From NCBI RefSeq assembly GCF_021246445.1, contig NZ_JAJQXW010000004.1, positions 186,001-250,000 of the forward strand: a stretch of DNA of 64,000 nt. Direction: 5' to 3'. The DNA is from Rhabdothermincola salaria. Its GTDB lineage: Bacteria > Actinomycetota > Acidimicrobiia > Acidimicrobiales > Acidimicrobilacustridaceae. Shown piece by piece: positions 48,769 to 58,692 of the stretch. Made by a program: the position numbers and the translations under genes. Positions within the stretch are counted from its first letter, which is position 1; every line of letters starts with the position of its first letter. Below the pieces are notes generated by a model. The model searched no databases and had not been told where the DNA came from. It saw only the letters and a program-made list of their open reading frames with translations.

Positions 48769-49647
48769 TCAGGTCCGGGCGGCCGCCAGCCGCTCGGCCC
48801 GCGCGGCCAGGTCGGGGGCGTCGAGCGCCGCCGCCACCTCGGCGAAGCCCGGGGTGGGGCCGGTCCAGGCCAGCTCGGCCACCGATTCGATGGTGGGGGC
48901 ATCGGTCTCGATGGTGGCGATGCGGCGGAACAGCAGGGCCAGGTCGAGGTCCTGTTGGAGGGTGCTGGCCAGCTTGGCCGCCCCTCGCACCGACACGTCC
49001 CAGTCGGTGGCCGCCGCCGGGATCTCCTCGAGGTGCCCGTAGCGGGCCAGCACGGAGGCCGCCGACTTGGCTCCCCATCCCGGGAGCCCGGGGAACCCGT
49101 CGGCGCTGTCGCCGACCAGCGCGAGGTAGTCGGGGATCGACGCCGGCGGCACGCCGAACTTCTCCTCCACGCCGGCGGCGTCGAGGACCACGCCCTTGCG
49201 TCGATCGAGCTGCACGATTCGGTCGCCGACCACGCACTGGCCGAGGTCCTTGTCGGGGGTGCAGATGCGCACCTGGTCGACGGCCGGGTCGGTGGCCGCG
49301 ATCGCCGCTGCCGCCCCGAGGGCGTCGTCGGCCTCGAACTCGATCATGGCGAAGACGGTGAAGCCGGCGGCCGCGAGCGCGTCCTCGAGCAGGGGGAACT
49401 GCGCCAGCAGCTCGGGGGGCATGCCCTCGCTGGTCTTGTAGCCCTCCCACAGCTCGTTGCGGAACGACTCGACCACGTGGTCGGTGGCGATGCCGACGTG
49501 GGTGGCGCCCTCCGCGAGCAGTTGGAGCATCGAGCCCACCACGCCGCGGGTGGCCGCCACCTCCCGTCCGTCGGCCGTCACGTGCGACGGCACGGCGAAG
49601 TGGTACCGGAACAGCTCGTAGGTCCCGTCGACCAGGTGCACCTGCAT
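48769..49647 (-). CDS. Stand-alone 5'-3' exonuclease / flap endonuclease
   Basis: LVDGTYELFR, FRNELWEGYK, EADDA, PDKDL, LVGDSADGFPGLPGWGAK. Confidence 0.93.
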   Translation of the reverse strand: MQVHLVDGTYELFRYHFAVPSHVTADGREVAATRGVVGSMLQLLAEGATHVGIATDHVVESFRNELWEGYKTSEGMPPELLAQFPLLEDALAAAGFTVFAMIEFEADDALGAAAAIAATDPAVDQVRICTPDKDLGQCVVGDRIVQLDRRKGVVLDAAGVEEKFGVPPASIPDYLALVGDSADGFPGLPGWGAKSAASVLARYGHLEEIPAAATDWDVSVRGAAKLASTLQQDLDLALLFRRIATIETDAPTIESVAELAWTGPTPGFAEVAAALDAPDLAARAERLAAART

Positions 49648-49710
49648 GACGGCAGCCTCGCACGACCGAGGAGGAGGTGCCGTCCGGGGGTCAGGACGGA
49701 AAGGCGGGCA

Positions 49711-50841
49711 TCAACGCTCCACGCGACCGACGCGAACCCCGAACACGTGGGCGACGTCGCCGGACGCCAGCCGGGTGCTGTGGTCGAGCTCCAGACCGGC
49801 GGAGCGGCCGAGCGTGCGGAGCTCCGACGCCGTGCGCTCCTTGCCCCCGTCGGTGAGCGCCGCCATCAACACGTCGGCGGCCACGGCCATGTCCGGGCGA
49901 GGAACGATCGTGCGCTCGCTGTCCACGACCACCACACGCGCTCGCCCCTCCGCCGCCTCGGCAACACGCTGGAGGATCCGGGACGCGTCGCGGTCGTCCC
50001 AATCGTGAACGACGTTGACCAGGAGGTAGGTGTCGAACCCCGGCGGCACCTGTTCGAAGGCATCACCACCGACGGCGGTCAACCGTGGATGGTCGACGGC
50101 ACGCTCGACGACGCCGGGGAGATCGAGAACGGTCGCCCGCCGACCGGGCAGCATCTCGAGCAGGGTCGCAGCCAGGGCGCCGGTGCCGCCGCCCACATCG
50201 CAGATGCTCTCGGTGCCGTCCCAGTCGAGGGCGGCGGCCAGCACGAGACCGTGCATGCGACCACCGGCAGCCATCGCCCGATCGAACGTCGCCCACCGGT
50301 CGGGATGGTCGGCCATCCACTCGAAGAAGGGGGCCCCGTTGGCCTGCGCGAAGCCGTCGGCTCTGCTGGAGTCGGCGGTGAGCCCGGCAACGGCGGTGAC
50401 GACCTCCTCGCCGCCGGAGAAGTCGACCCAGGCCCTCCAACCGCCGGGATGATCGTGTCGGAGGAAGGCGGTGACGGCGTTGGGTCGAACTCGACCTCGT
50501 CGATCCATGCCGACCCACCCGCGTGTGGCCGCGAAGCGAAGGAGCCGCTCGAGCATGGCCGGATCGGCGTCGAGCTCGGCCGCGAGATCGAGGATGCGTC
50601 TGGGGCCGGTGAGCGCTTCGGGGACCCCGGCCTGACAGATGGCCACCAGAACTCGGTGGTCGAGCATCCCGAAGACGCCCTCGAGGATCCTCGCCGGAGG
50701 CGGTGCCATGGATGCGTGGACCCGACCGAGGAGGGCTCGGATGCGGTTCCCGACGAGGGTGACCCTGCCAGATGGAAGGAACGGGACGCCCAGCACGTCC
50801 TTCGAGGTGGGCGCTGTGGCGAGGACGCTGGTCGTGTTCAC
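49711..50841 (-). CDS. SAM-dependent O-methyltransferase (Methyltransf_2 with dimerisation domain)
   Basis: CDVGGGTG, LDLP, GGDAF, VVHDWDD, GKERT; start estimated. Confidence 0.9.
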   Translation of the reverse strand: MNTTSVLATAPTSKDVLGVPFLPSGRVTLVGNRIRALLGRVHASMAPPPARILEGVFGMLDHRVLVAICQAGVPEALTGPRRILDLAAELDADPAMLERLLRFAATRGWVGMDRRGRVRPNAVTAFLRHDHPGGWRAWVDFSGGEEVVTAVAGLTADSSRADGFAQANGAPFFEWMADHPDRWATFDRAMAAGGRMHGLVLAAALDWDGTESICDVGGGTGALAATLLEMLPGRRATVLDLPGVVERAVDHPRLTAVGGDAFEQVPPGFDTYLLVNVVHDWDDRDASRILQRVAEAAEGRARVVVVDSERTIVPRPDMAVAADVLMAALTDGGKERTASELRTLGRSAGLELDHSTRLASGDVAHVFGVRVGRVER

Positions 50842-50866
50842 AGGATCTCTCTCGGGGTGAGTGGGT

Positions 50867-50898
50867 GGCTGGCGCCGGATCGGAGCTCGGCGCCAGCC
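50867..50898. other. Intra-operon hairpin between MMPL and methyltransferase genes
   Basis: 11-bp perfect stem ggctggcgccg/cggcgccagcc. Confidence 0.55.
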
Positions 50899-50914
50899 CG
50901 CTTGTCGGTTTGGA

Positions 50915-53083
50915 TCAGGCCGCGGCAACGAGCGGGTCCGCTTCAACGGGCGCTCTGGTCTCGAGCGCGAGCTGGGGCAAGCGGCGGTCGAGCCAGCCGG
51001 GCAGCCACCAATTGCGCTCGCCGAGGAGCTCCATGGTGGCCGGCACGAGGATCATGCGCACGAGTGTGGCGTCGAGGAGGACGGCCGTGGCGAGCCCGAG
51101 GCCGGCGAGTTTCGCGATCACGTCGTCGTTCAAGAGGAAGGCGCCGAAGACGACGACCATGATGGCCGCGGCGGCGGAGATCACCCGAGCGGTCGTGGCC
51201 AGTCCCTCCACCACGGCGTCGCTGTTGCTGCGCCCGCGCTGGTGCTCCTCGCGGATTCGGCTCAGGAGGAACACCTCGTAGTCCATCGAGAGGCCGAACA
51301 GCATCGCGAACATGAGGATGGGCACGAACACGGGCACTGGGGTGGCTTCGGGGATGCCGAGGAGCTCTCCGAACCGTCCGCCCTGCACGGCCAAGGCGAC
51401 CACCCCATAGGCCGCGGCGATTCCCAGGAGGTTCAGCACCGCCGCCTTGAGGGCCACCAGTGGTGCCCGGAAGACCGCCAGCAACAGAACGAAGGACAAG
51501 AGCAGGACGGCGGCGATGAACCACGGCAGGCGGCTTCCCTCGTGGTCCGCCTCGTCGATGAACAGCGCCGTGAGTCCACCGACGAGCACCCCGGTGCCCG
51601 TCTCCGCCGACACCGCCGGGAGCACCTCTGCCCGCAGCCGACGAACCAGAGCTTCGGTGGACGCGTCCTGGGGACCACCGACCGGCACAACCGTGAGCAG
51701 CGTGGTGGTGCCGCCGTCGTCCGTGGCACCGGGCAGCACCGCGGCGACGGCCGGATCGTCGACGAGTCGATCGGTCGCCACCTGCGCGGCCACCGGGGCA
51801 TCACCGGCCGGGGCATCGACGGTCACCAGGAGCGGCCCATTGGCGCCCGCCCCGAAGGCGGCGGCCGTCAGATCGAAGGCCCGCCGACTGGTGAGCGACG
51901 TGGGGTTGGTGCCGGCATCGGGGAATCCGAAGCGCAGGGTCGTCACCGGTGCGGCGAGACCAACGAGAATCACGACCGCGAGCAGGCCGAGGACGACCGG
52001 ACGGCGCTGGACGCTTCGGCTCCAGCGAGCCCATCGCTCCGAGCGTCCGGAATGGCGCCGAGCTCCAGGCATGTGGAAACGGTCGATGCCGTGCCCGACG
52101 AAGCCGAGGACCGCAGGAAGCAGGGTCAGCGCTGTGCCCATCACTGCTGCGACGGCGATCACCATCGCCAAGGCCGCGCCCCACATGTACTCGAGGCCGA
52201 TGATGCCGAGCCCGAGCAACGAGATGACCACCGTGCCCCCGGCGAAGACCACCGCACGCCCGGCGGTCGACATGGCCGTGACCACAGCTTCGTGCGGACT
52301 GGCTCCGGAGGCCAGTTCGTTGCGGTAGCGGGTGACGATGAACAACGCATAGTCGATGCCCACGCCGATGCCGATCATCGTCGCCAGCATCGAGCCCCAT
52401 TCGGGGATGTCGATCAGGTGGGCGATCAGCATGGCCAGGCCCGATCCCACTCCGAGGCCCACCAGGGCGAGAGCGATCGGCACCCCGGCAGCGAGGACCG
52501 ACCCGAAGGCAACGAGAAGGACCAGCAGAGCAGCGATGAGGCCGAGCCCTTCCTTGCCGGCGTCGCCCTGCTCGGCGTACTGGACGGGCCATCCCCCGAG
52601 CTCGATCTGCAGTCCGTCGCCGCCGGCAGCGACCGATCGGTCGATCAGCGCCCCGACGGCATCCGGGGGAACGGCTTCCGCCCGATCGTCGAGGGTCACC
52701 GCGACGAGCGTCGTTCGACCATCGGGTGCCGGTAGGGGCGCACCGACGTCGGCGACATGGGCCATGCCGGCCAGGCCGGCACGAAGTTCCTCGAGCCGAC
52801 GGGTGGCATCTTCGGTCGCCAGACCGGTCGACGCCTTGGCGACCAGGTACACGGCGTCACCTGCCCGGTCGGGGAACCGGTCGGTCATGAGCTGGCGGAC
52901 CGCAGCCGAGTCGGAGCCCGGCATCGAGTAGTCGGCGCGATGCTGGCCACCGGCGACGAACGCCAGTGCGGTCGCCAACGCCAACGCCATGGCCCAAGCA
53001 ACGACGACCCGGCGGCGTCGGTGGTAGCACCACGAGGCCAACCGTGCGATCCCGCTGGTGACCGGAGTCGAGCTGTGGCTCAT
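50915..53083 (-). CDS. MMPL-family (RND) transporter
   Basis: GVGIDYALFIVTRYR, AGRAVVFAG, FGLSMDYEVFLLSRIRE, LDATLVRMILVPA; ATGA overlap with the hemerythrin gene. Confidence 0.94.
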   Translation of the reverse strand: MSHSSTPVTSGIARLASWCYHRRRRVVVAWAMALALATALAFVAGGQHRADYSMPGSDSAAVRQLMTDRFPDRAGDAVYLVAKASTGLATEDATRRLEELRAGLAGMAHVADVGAPLPAPDGRTTLVAVTLDDRAEAVPPDAVGALIDRSVAAGGDGLQIELGGWPVQYAEQGDAGKEGLGLIAALLVLLVAFGSVLAAGVPIALALVGLGVGSGLAMLIAHLIDIPEWGSMLATMIGIGVGIDYALFIVTRYRNELASGASPHEAVVTAMSTAGRAVVFAGGTVVISLLGLGIIGLEYMWGAALAMVIAVAAVMGTALTLLPAVLGFVGHGIDRFHMPGARRHSGRSERWARWSRSVQRRPVVLGLLAVVILVGLAAPVTTLRFGFPDAGTNPTSLTSRRAFDLTAAAFGAGANGPLLVTVDAPAGDAPVAAQVATDRLVDDPAVAAVLPGATDDGGTTTLLTVVPVGGPQDASTEALVRRLRAEVLPAVSAETGTGVLVGGLTALFIDEADHEGSRLPWFIAAVLLLSFVLLLAVFRAPLVALKAAVLNLLGIAAAYGVVALAVQGGRFGELLGIPEATPVPVFVPILMFAMLFGLSMDYEVFLLSRIREEHQRGRSNSDAVVEGLATTARVISAAAAIMVVVFGAFLLNDDVIAKLAGLGLATAVLLDATLVRMILVPATMELLGERNWWLPGWLDRRLPQLALETRAPVEADPLVAAA

Positions 53084-53748
53084 CGGGTCACCGCCGAAGA
53101 GTTGACCGTGAAGGCCGCCGCTGTCCGACGTGCGTAACGTCGTCGGCTCATTCGCCAGATCAACTCGATCATCTTCGGGGTGCTGTCGAACATCGCTTGC
53201 GTCTCGTCGGCGCTGAATGTCGAGACGAGCCACGGGACGGTGAAGGCCAGCTTGCGGGGGTCGTGATACTTCACAGCGCGTGCGTTCAGGGCCTCGAACT
53301 CAGCGGCAGTGAAGTGCCGCTCGAAGAGTGGCACCACGTCATCGTCCTCGGTTTCCAGATGTGACTGCACCAGCCGCGCCATCTGGACCGATGCATCGAT
53401 GGCAACTCGTTGGTTCACCGACCAGTCGCCGTCGAGAGCCAGTCCTTCGATGGCTTCCCCGAGACGGCCGCCGACGTCGTCGAGGTGGTCATGATCGGCG
53501 GCCAAGCCCGTCTCGTAGGCGGCGAACGTCGGTACCCGCTCGGCCAGGGCCGGGAAGAAGATGTCGTCCTCGATGACATGGTGGTCATGGAGGTACGCCG
53601 CAAAACCTCGGTACCACCAGTGCAGGGCACGGGCCCGGCTCCGGTCCCCCGTGGGGATCTGGCCGATGGTCACGGCGAGGTCGCCGGCACTCTGGCGGAG
53701 CGCTCGGTGGATGAGGCGGAAGGTCGTGGTGTCGGGGGCGTCGTCCAT
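53080..53748 (-). CDS. Hemerythrin (HHE) domain protein
   Basis: IHRALR, LHDHHVIEDDIFFP, DH, HLETED metal-ligand pattern; GAGGAG RBS. Confidence 0.9.
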   Translation of the reverse strand: MDDAPDTTTFRLIHRALRQSAGDLAVTIGQIPTGDRSRARALHWWYRGFAAYLHDHHVIEDDIFFPALAERVPTFAAYETGLAADHDHLDDVGGRLGEAIEGLALDGDWSVNQRVAIDASVQMARLVQSHLETEDDDVVPLFERHFTAAEFEALNARAVKYHDPRKLAFTVPWLVSTFSADETQAMFDSTPKMIELIWRMSRRRYARRTAAAFTVNSSAVTR

Positions 53749-53798
53749 GGTGTCTCCTCAGTCGTCGGAACGGACTGGAAGCACCGTGGGGCACGCCG

Positions 53799-53827
53799 GT
53801 TGGCGGGGACTTGGCGGGCACTTGGCG
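53799..53827 (-). promoter_or_regulatory. SARP-type operator: three heptamers at 11-bp period
   Basis: Minus strand CGCCAAG-tgcc-CGCCAAG-tccc-CGCCAAC, just upstream of CACGGT (53783-53788). Confidence 0.7.
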
Positions 53828-53856
53828 TGGGGCGGGCTCATCCCCGGTCGCGTACG

Positions 53857-56800
53857 TCAGCGGCGGCTTTCGGCAACCTGTCGGGCCACGTAGACCAGAT
53901 CGTGGGTGGAGGCCAGGGCCTCAACTCGCCGCAACGCATCCTCTCCGCGGGAGCGGTCGCCCGGCCCGGCCATGTCGAGGAGGAATCGCCCCTGGTAGAG
54001 GAGCGACCGTGCGAGCCAGGCCGGCGTTCGCAGCCGCTCGTGGCCGGCGACCGCCTCGTCGAAGAGAGTTCGGGCTCGCTCCGTGTCCCCGAGGAGCACA
54101 GCCGAACGGGCCAGGGCCAACCCGACGAGACCGGCGCTCCCGCCGCCGGATCCCGTCGCCGCCCATCGCCCCTCGAAGGGCTCGAGTTGAGACGCGATGG
54201 CCGATGCTCCAGCGATGTCACCGAGGCTGACCCGGGTGTGCAGGCCATAGGTCGCTGCGCTGAGCATCGTGTAGTCGTCGGCGAACGGGATGCCGGTGTC
54301 GATCTGATCGACGACCGACGCCGCCATGTCGAGCCGACCAGCCTCGGTCACCAGCCATCCGGAGAACTCGGCGGCGAGTCGCCCGTAGTGAGGGCTGGCG
54401 GCCGCCGCCGCCCTGATCCGGGGCATGGTCGCGTCGATGCCACCTCGGTCAGCGGCGATGGCCGCGACCTGAGCCATCTCCATGAGGTCGGCATCCATTC
54501 GCCGGGTCCGTCGGTAACGGAGGGCCGCCTCGCTGCACAACGCCTGTGCCTCCTCGTACCGGCCGTGCGCGAGCGCCATGGCGCCCTGGAACCATCCGAG
54601 CTGAGCGAGCAACGGACCTCCGCCGATCCGGTCGGCCACGGCGCGGCACTCGGCGATGTGCGACGCGGCGCCGTCGTGGTCAGCCGATTCGTAGTGCGTC
54701 AGCGCGAGCTGAAAGCGAGCGATGAGTGCGAGGTGGTCGTCGAGCCCGTGCGTCTCGACGAGCTCGAGCACCTCGAGAGCGGACCTTCGACGCTCAGCGA
54801 GCTTGGTCGGTTCGAGGGGCCCACTGGCGTTCAGCATGACGCGACCGAGGACGTAGGGGTCGCCCGAGGCCCGGGCGGCCTCCACCGCCTCCGACCGGAC
54901 TCCTTCGATCGCGGCGCTGTCTCCATAGGTCAACTCGACGGCAAGAGCCCCGAGCACGAGAGCCCGGCTCACGAAGTCGCCATGGTCGAGGAGGTCCGCA
55001 GTGCGCCGGAGAGCGGCGATGCACCGGGGATCGACCGTCCCGTAGCTCTGGTTGGGCCACAGATGGGGGCTGCCGAGCAGCGCCGCGGCCCGGCCGAGTG
55101 CCGCCACGTCACCTGCCACCTCCGCCAGTTCCATTGCCTCGAGCGCCGCCCTCCTCGCCGCTTCCACCAGATCGGCTTCGAAGCGGACGGCCGCCAGGTT
55201 GCACAGGGCACCGATCCGTCCGGCGAGGTCGCCGGGACGGAACGAAGCCAACGACTCGACCACGCGAGCCCAGTGACCGGCCGCGTCCTCGAAGCCGAAC
55301 TGGTCGCTGGCCAGGCGGGCCGCCTCCGTGGAGGCCTCGATCGCCAACTCGGCCGTCCCGGCCATGGCCCCGGCCATGGCGTGGTGGGCGACCAGCGCAG
55401 CGCTCGAGCCCAGTACCGGGCCGGTGCGCCGGGCGACCGTGCGAGCGACGGCGGCATGGATACGGGCGCTGCGAACGGAATTGACCTCCGCCGCCAGCGC
55501 GTCGCAGACGAGGGCGTGGGAGAAGCGGAAGCGGCCGCCTTCCTCGTCGACCACCAGTCCAGCGTCGAGAGCCGGGGCAAGGGCATCGAGGGCTGCATCC
55601 AGCGGCTCCTCCGCCACGGTGGCCACCACAGTCAGCTCGAACCGGCGGCCGACCACCGACGCAACGGTCAACAGCTGCTGGGTGGGGGCGGGCAGTCGGG
55701 CGACCCGGCGCCTCACCACGAACTGCACCCCGGGCGGGATGGCGGTAGCAGCACGAGCCGCTGATGCATCCGTGAGCCGACCCTCGGAGGCCAACAACTC
55801 ACTGAGCTCTTTGACGAACAGGGGATTGCCCCCCGTGCGGTCGTGGACCAGGGCGGCGACGTCGCTCGGCACGTCGACACCTGTTCGAGCGGCGAGCCAC
55901 TCGGAAACTGCGCCCTTCTCGAGGCCGAAGAGCGGGACCTGCACGATCCCGGGGGTCCGGGACAAGGCGCCGAGTGCATCGACCAGCGCCACCCCGCTGT
56001 CATCCTCGAGCGGCCTGACCGTCACCACCACCAGGATCGAAAGGTCGGTCAGCTCACCGGCGACGTGAACGAGGAGGCGAAGGCTGTCGGCATCGGCCCA
56101 TTGGAGATCGTCGATCACCAGCAACAGAGGCACCTTCGCCGAGCGCAACGTGTCCACGACGGCGCGATACAGGGCGAAAACGGCACCCGGGGCGACCTCG
56201 GACGACTGGTGGTATTCGTCGGGCGGAACGAGAACCCGGTCGACGACGCCTGCCTCGCGGACCTGTTCGGCGAGATGGGTCGCGGACCAGAACGACGGTG
56301 TGGCGCCGCTCTCGGGACAGCGGGCCCACGCGGTGACGAAGCCGCGCTGTCGGGCCGCGGCGGCCACCTCCTCGACCAGTCGCGTCTTCCCGACTCCCGG
56401 TTCCCCGAGCACCACGGCGGCAGCACCTCGACCGGCCGCGGCGCCGGCGAGGGCCGCCATGAGGGCGGCCAGCTCCCCGTGGCGGCCTATCAGCACGGGC
56501 CGGTCGGGTACCGCCACCGGCGACGCTGATCCCGAACCAGCGTCGTCGACGGGCGACGACCTCCGTGGCGGCTCGTCGGGCGCCGACGGGCTCGAAGGGC
56601 GCCACTGGAGCGCCATCGAGTGGTTCAAGAGATCGGCCTCGAGATCCCGCAACTCCGGGCCGGGGTCGAGACCGGCCGTGTTCGCCAGCGCTCGCCGAAC
56701 TCGCTCAACCACACGCAAGGCCTCGGCCTGTCGGCCGGACCGGTACAGACCGAGAGCAAGGAGGGTGTGGAGGTGCTCGTCGAGCGGGTACTCGGCGACA

Positions 56801-57444
56801 GCCGACTCCAGCATGCCCACGACCTCGATGTGGTGGCCGAGACCGAGACGAGCCTGCGCGGCGAGGGCCAACGCGGCAAGGCGCCTCGACGAGAGGCGGG
56901 CGGTCGCCTCCACCACGAACGGCTCGTGGGCGAACTCGGGCAGCGGCGGACCGGTCCACAGGGCCAGGGCTTGATCGAGAGCTGCTACGGCGCCCGCCGG
57001 GTCGCCGGTGCGGAGACGGGTTCGGCCGTTGGCCACGAGATCCTCGAAGTGCAAGACGTCGACCTCGCGCCGACTCACATCGAGGCTGTACCCGGGGGCC
57101 TGCGTCCGCAGCACCTTGGCCGCCTGTCGCGGCCGACGGTCGGGTTCGAGCGCCCGGCGGAGGTTCGACACATAGGTCTGCAACGACACCCGCGCCTTCG
57201 GAGAGTCGTCCCAGAGCAGTTCGACGAGGCGATCAGAGGCGACGACCCTGCCGGCTTCGAGCAGGAGTACGGCCAGCACCGAGCGCTGCTTGGGAGGGCC
57301 GAGTTCGACCACCTGCCCGTCCACACGGACTTCGAGCCCGCCGAACAGTCGGTGGTACCGAATGGGGGAGCCCGCTCCTCTCGCCGAAACGGAACGGCTC
57401 TCATCGCCCACCGCCAGGGTCGGCCCCCCGGGATCGCCGTTCAT
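53857..57444 (-). CDS. SARP/BTAD + P-loop ATPase + helical-repeat transcriptional regulator
   Basis: GPPKQRSVLAVL, SLQTYVSNLRR, PGYSL, BTAD (PLDE...LYRSGRQAEAL...GLDPGPEL), GEPGVGKT, IDDLQWAD, TGGNPLFV. Confidence 0.93.
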   Translation of the reverse strand: MNGDPGGPTLAVGDESRSVSARGAGSPIRYHRLFGGLEVRVDGQVVELGPPKQRSVLAVLLLEAGRVVASDRLVELLWDDSPKARVSLQTYVSNLRRALEPDRRPRQAAKVLRTQAPGYSLDVSRREVDVLHFEDLVANGRTRLRTGDPAGAVAALDQALALWTGPPLPEFAHEPFVVEATARLSSRRLAALALAAQARLGLGHHIEVVGMLESAVAEYPLDEHLHTLLALGLYRSGRQAEALRVVERVRRALANTAGLDPGPELRDLEADLLNHSMALQWRPSSPSAPDEPPRRSSPVDDAGSGSASPVAVPDRPVLIGRHGELAALMAALAGAAAGRGAAAVVLGEPGVGKTRLVEEVAAAARQRGFVTAWARCPESGATPSFWSATHLAEQVREAGVVDRVLVPPDEYHQSSEVAPGAVFALYRAVVDTLRSAKVPLLLVIDDLQWADADSLRLLVHVAGELTDLSILVVVTVRPLEDDSGVALVDALGALSRTPGIVQVPLFGLEKGAVSEWLAARTGVDVPSDVAALVHDRTGGNPLFVKELSELLASEGRLTDASAARAATAIPPGVQFVVRRRVARLPAPTQQLLTVASVVGRRFELTVVATVAEEPLDAALDALAPALDAGLVVDEEGGRFRFSHALVCDALAAEVNSVRSARIHAAVARTVARRTGPVLGSSAALVAHHAMAGAMAGTAELAIEASTEAARLASDQFGFEDAAGHWARVVESLASFRPGDLAGRIGALCNLAAVRFEADLVEAARRAALEAMELAEVAGDVAALGRAAALLGSPHLWPNQSYGTVDPRCIAALRRTADLLDHGDFVSRALVLGALAVELTYGDSAAIEGVRSEAVEAARASGDPYVLGRVMLNASGPLEPTKLAERRRSALEVLELVETHGLDDHLALIARFQLALTHYESADHDGAASHIAECRAVADRIGGGPLLAQLGWFQGAMALAHGRYEEAQALCSEAALRYRRTRRMDADLMEMAQVAAIAADRGGIDATMPRIRAAAAASPHYGRLAAEFSGWLVTEAGRLDMAASVVDQIDTGIPFADDYTMLSAATYGLHTRVSLGDIAGASAIASQLEPFEGRWAATGSGGGSAGLVGLALARSAVLLGDTERARTLFDEAVAGHERLRTPAWLARSLLYQGRFLLDMAGPGDRSRGEDALRRVEALASTHDLVYVARQVAESRR

Positions 57445-57589
57445 GAGCCGGGGATCGTAGTCATCCGTGCGATGAGAGCGCATGCGCCGCTCCGGCCCCC
57501 GATCAGGTCGGTCCCTGCCGGGAGGGGCGAAGGATCGAGATCAACCCCCGGTCACGTCGAGGATCGCTGGGTCCGGTCGAGCCCGACCC

Positions 57590-57612
57590 GCTCAGAAGAG
57601 GAGCTCCTCGCC
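57590..57612 (-). repeat. Orphan copy of the SDR gene 3' end (direct repeat of 58691-58713)
   Basis: gctcagaagaggagctcctcgcc versus gctcagaaaaggaactcctcgcc, 21/23 identical. Confidence 0.7.
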
Positions 57613-57732
57613 GGCGGTCGAATCGACACCGAGACCCTGGCCCAGGATCTGATCCGAGCGCGCGCCACCAACGTCGGTGCCGAACCTCCTGTGGCGCTGG
57701 TGTCCCCACCGAGGATCCGGCATCATCCGTCG

Positions 57733-58620
57733 GTGGGACTGCCCGGCAGGACACCGATCGAACGGGCGCCGAGAGTGCTCGCCTGGATGGTGGGGGCCAC
57801 TCTCGCGCTGGCTTCGTGCGGAGGGGGCGAGTCGGGCGGACCCGCGACGGCCGACGCTCCTCCCCCCACGTCCGAGACCGATGCCTCGACGACGCCCCCG
57901 CCCTCGACGCCAGCCGTCGCGGCGGCGATCGAGTTCACCTGGACGACGTCCTACGTCGGCGATGGGTACGGGGTGAGGGTCGAGGTCAGCGGCACCGTGG
58001 GCGAAGGGTGGGCGTCGTACACGATGAACGGCGTCCCGTTGCTCGGCTCCGACGGCGGGGACTACGCCGACCTGATCCCGATGATGGTCGGTGCGGGGAT
58101 CAACGGTTTCGTCGACCCGCCATCCGGTTCGGACACGATCGACTCCGCAGGTGTCACCGAGGTCGTTGTCGACGGCGACCTCCGCTGGTACCGCCTCCCT
58201 TGGCTGCTCGACGAAGCACCGTCCGCACTCGACGACGCCGAATGGGTGCAGGTCGACGCGTCCTCGGACACACCCCCCATCGACCTGGTCACCTACGTCG
58301 TCGCCGAACGGTTCGACACCGCCCTCGCTGAGCTCCGTCGGGCGGCCGGCGCCGGTGCGACGTACACGCCTCCTCCGGGGGACGATGAGATCGCCGCCCT
58401 CTTCGGACCCTGGGTCGGCGCCGACGGCGCGATCGAACCGACGGGCAACGCCGAAGAGGGTGAGGCCCGCTGGGGCGTCACCTACACCTACGAGCCAGAC
58501 GGAGTGGACGGGTTCGCCCGAGGCGAGGTGTCGTGGCACACGACAACGGACAGCCGACCTCCAGCGCTCGCTCCCGACACGTCGATCACCGCCGGACGAG
58601 TGTCGACGGCGATGCGCTGA
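57733..58620 (+). CDS. Hypothetical lipoprotein
   Basis: Hydrophobic stretch ending in lipobox LASC, Pro/Thr linker, acidic domain; start uncertain. Confidence 0.7.
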   Translation: MGLPGRTPIERAPRVLAWMVGATLALASCGGGESGGPATADAPPPTSETDASTTPPPSTPAVAAAIEFTWTTSYVGDGYGVRVEVSGTVGEGWASYTMNGVPLLGSDGGDYADLIPMMVGAGINGFVDPPSGSDTIDSAGVTEVVVDGDLRWYRLPWLLDEAPSALDDAEWVQVDASSDTPPIDLVTYVVAERFDTALAELRRAAGAGATYTPPPGDDEIAALFGPWVGADGAIEPTGNAEEGEARWGVTYTYEPDGVDGFARGEVSWHTTTDSRPPALAPDTSITAGRVSTAMR

Positions 58621-58692
58621 GCCGCTCGGCGAACGCGCCGTACCGCCGGAGCGTCGCCGGCGTGCGCTGTGGGCCGGCAATCGGACGAGGGC

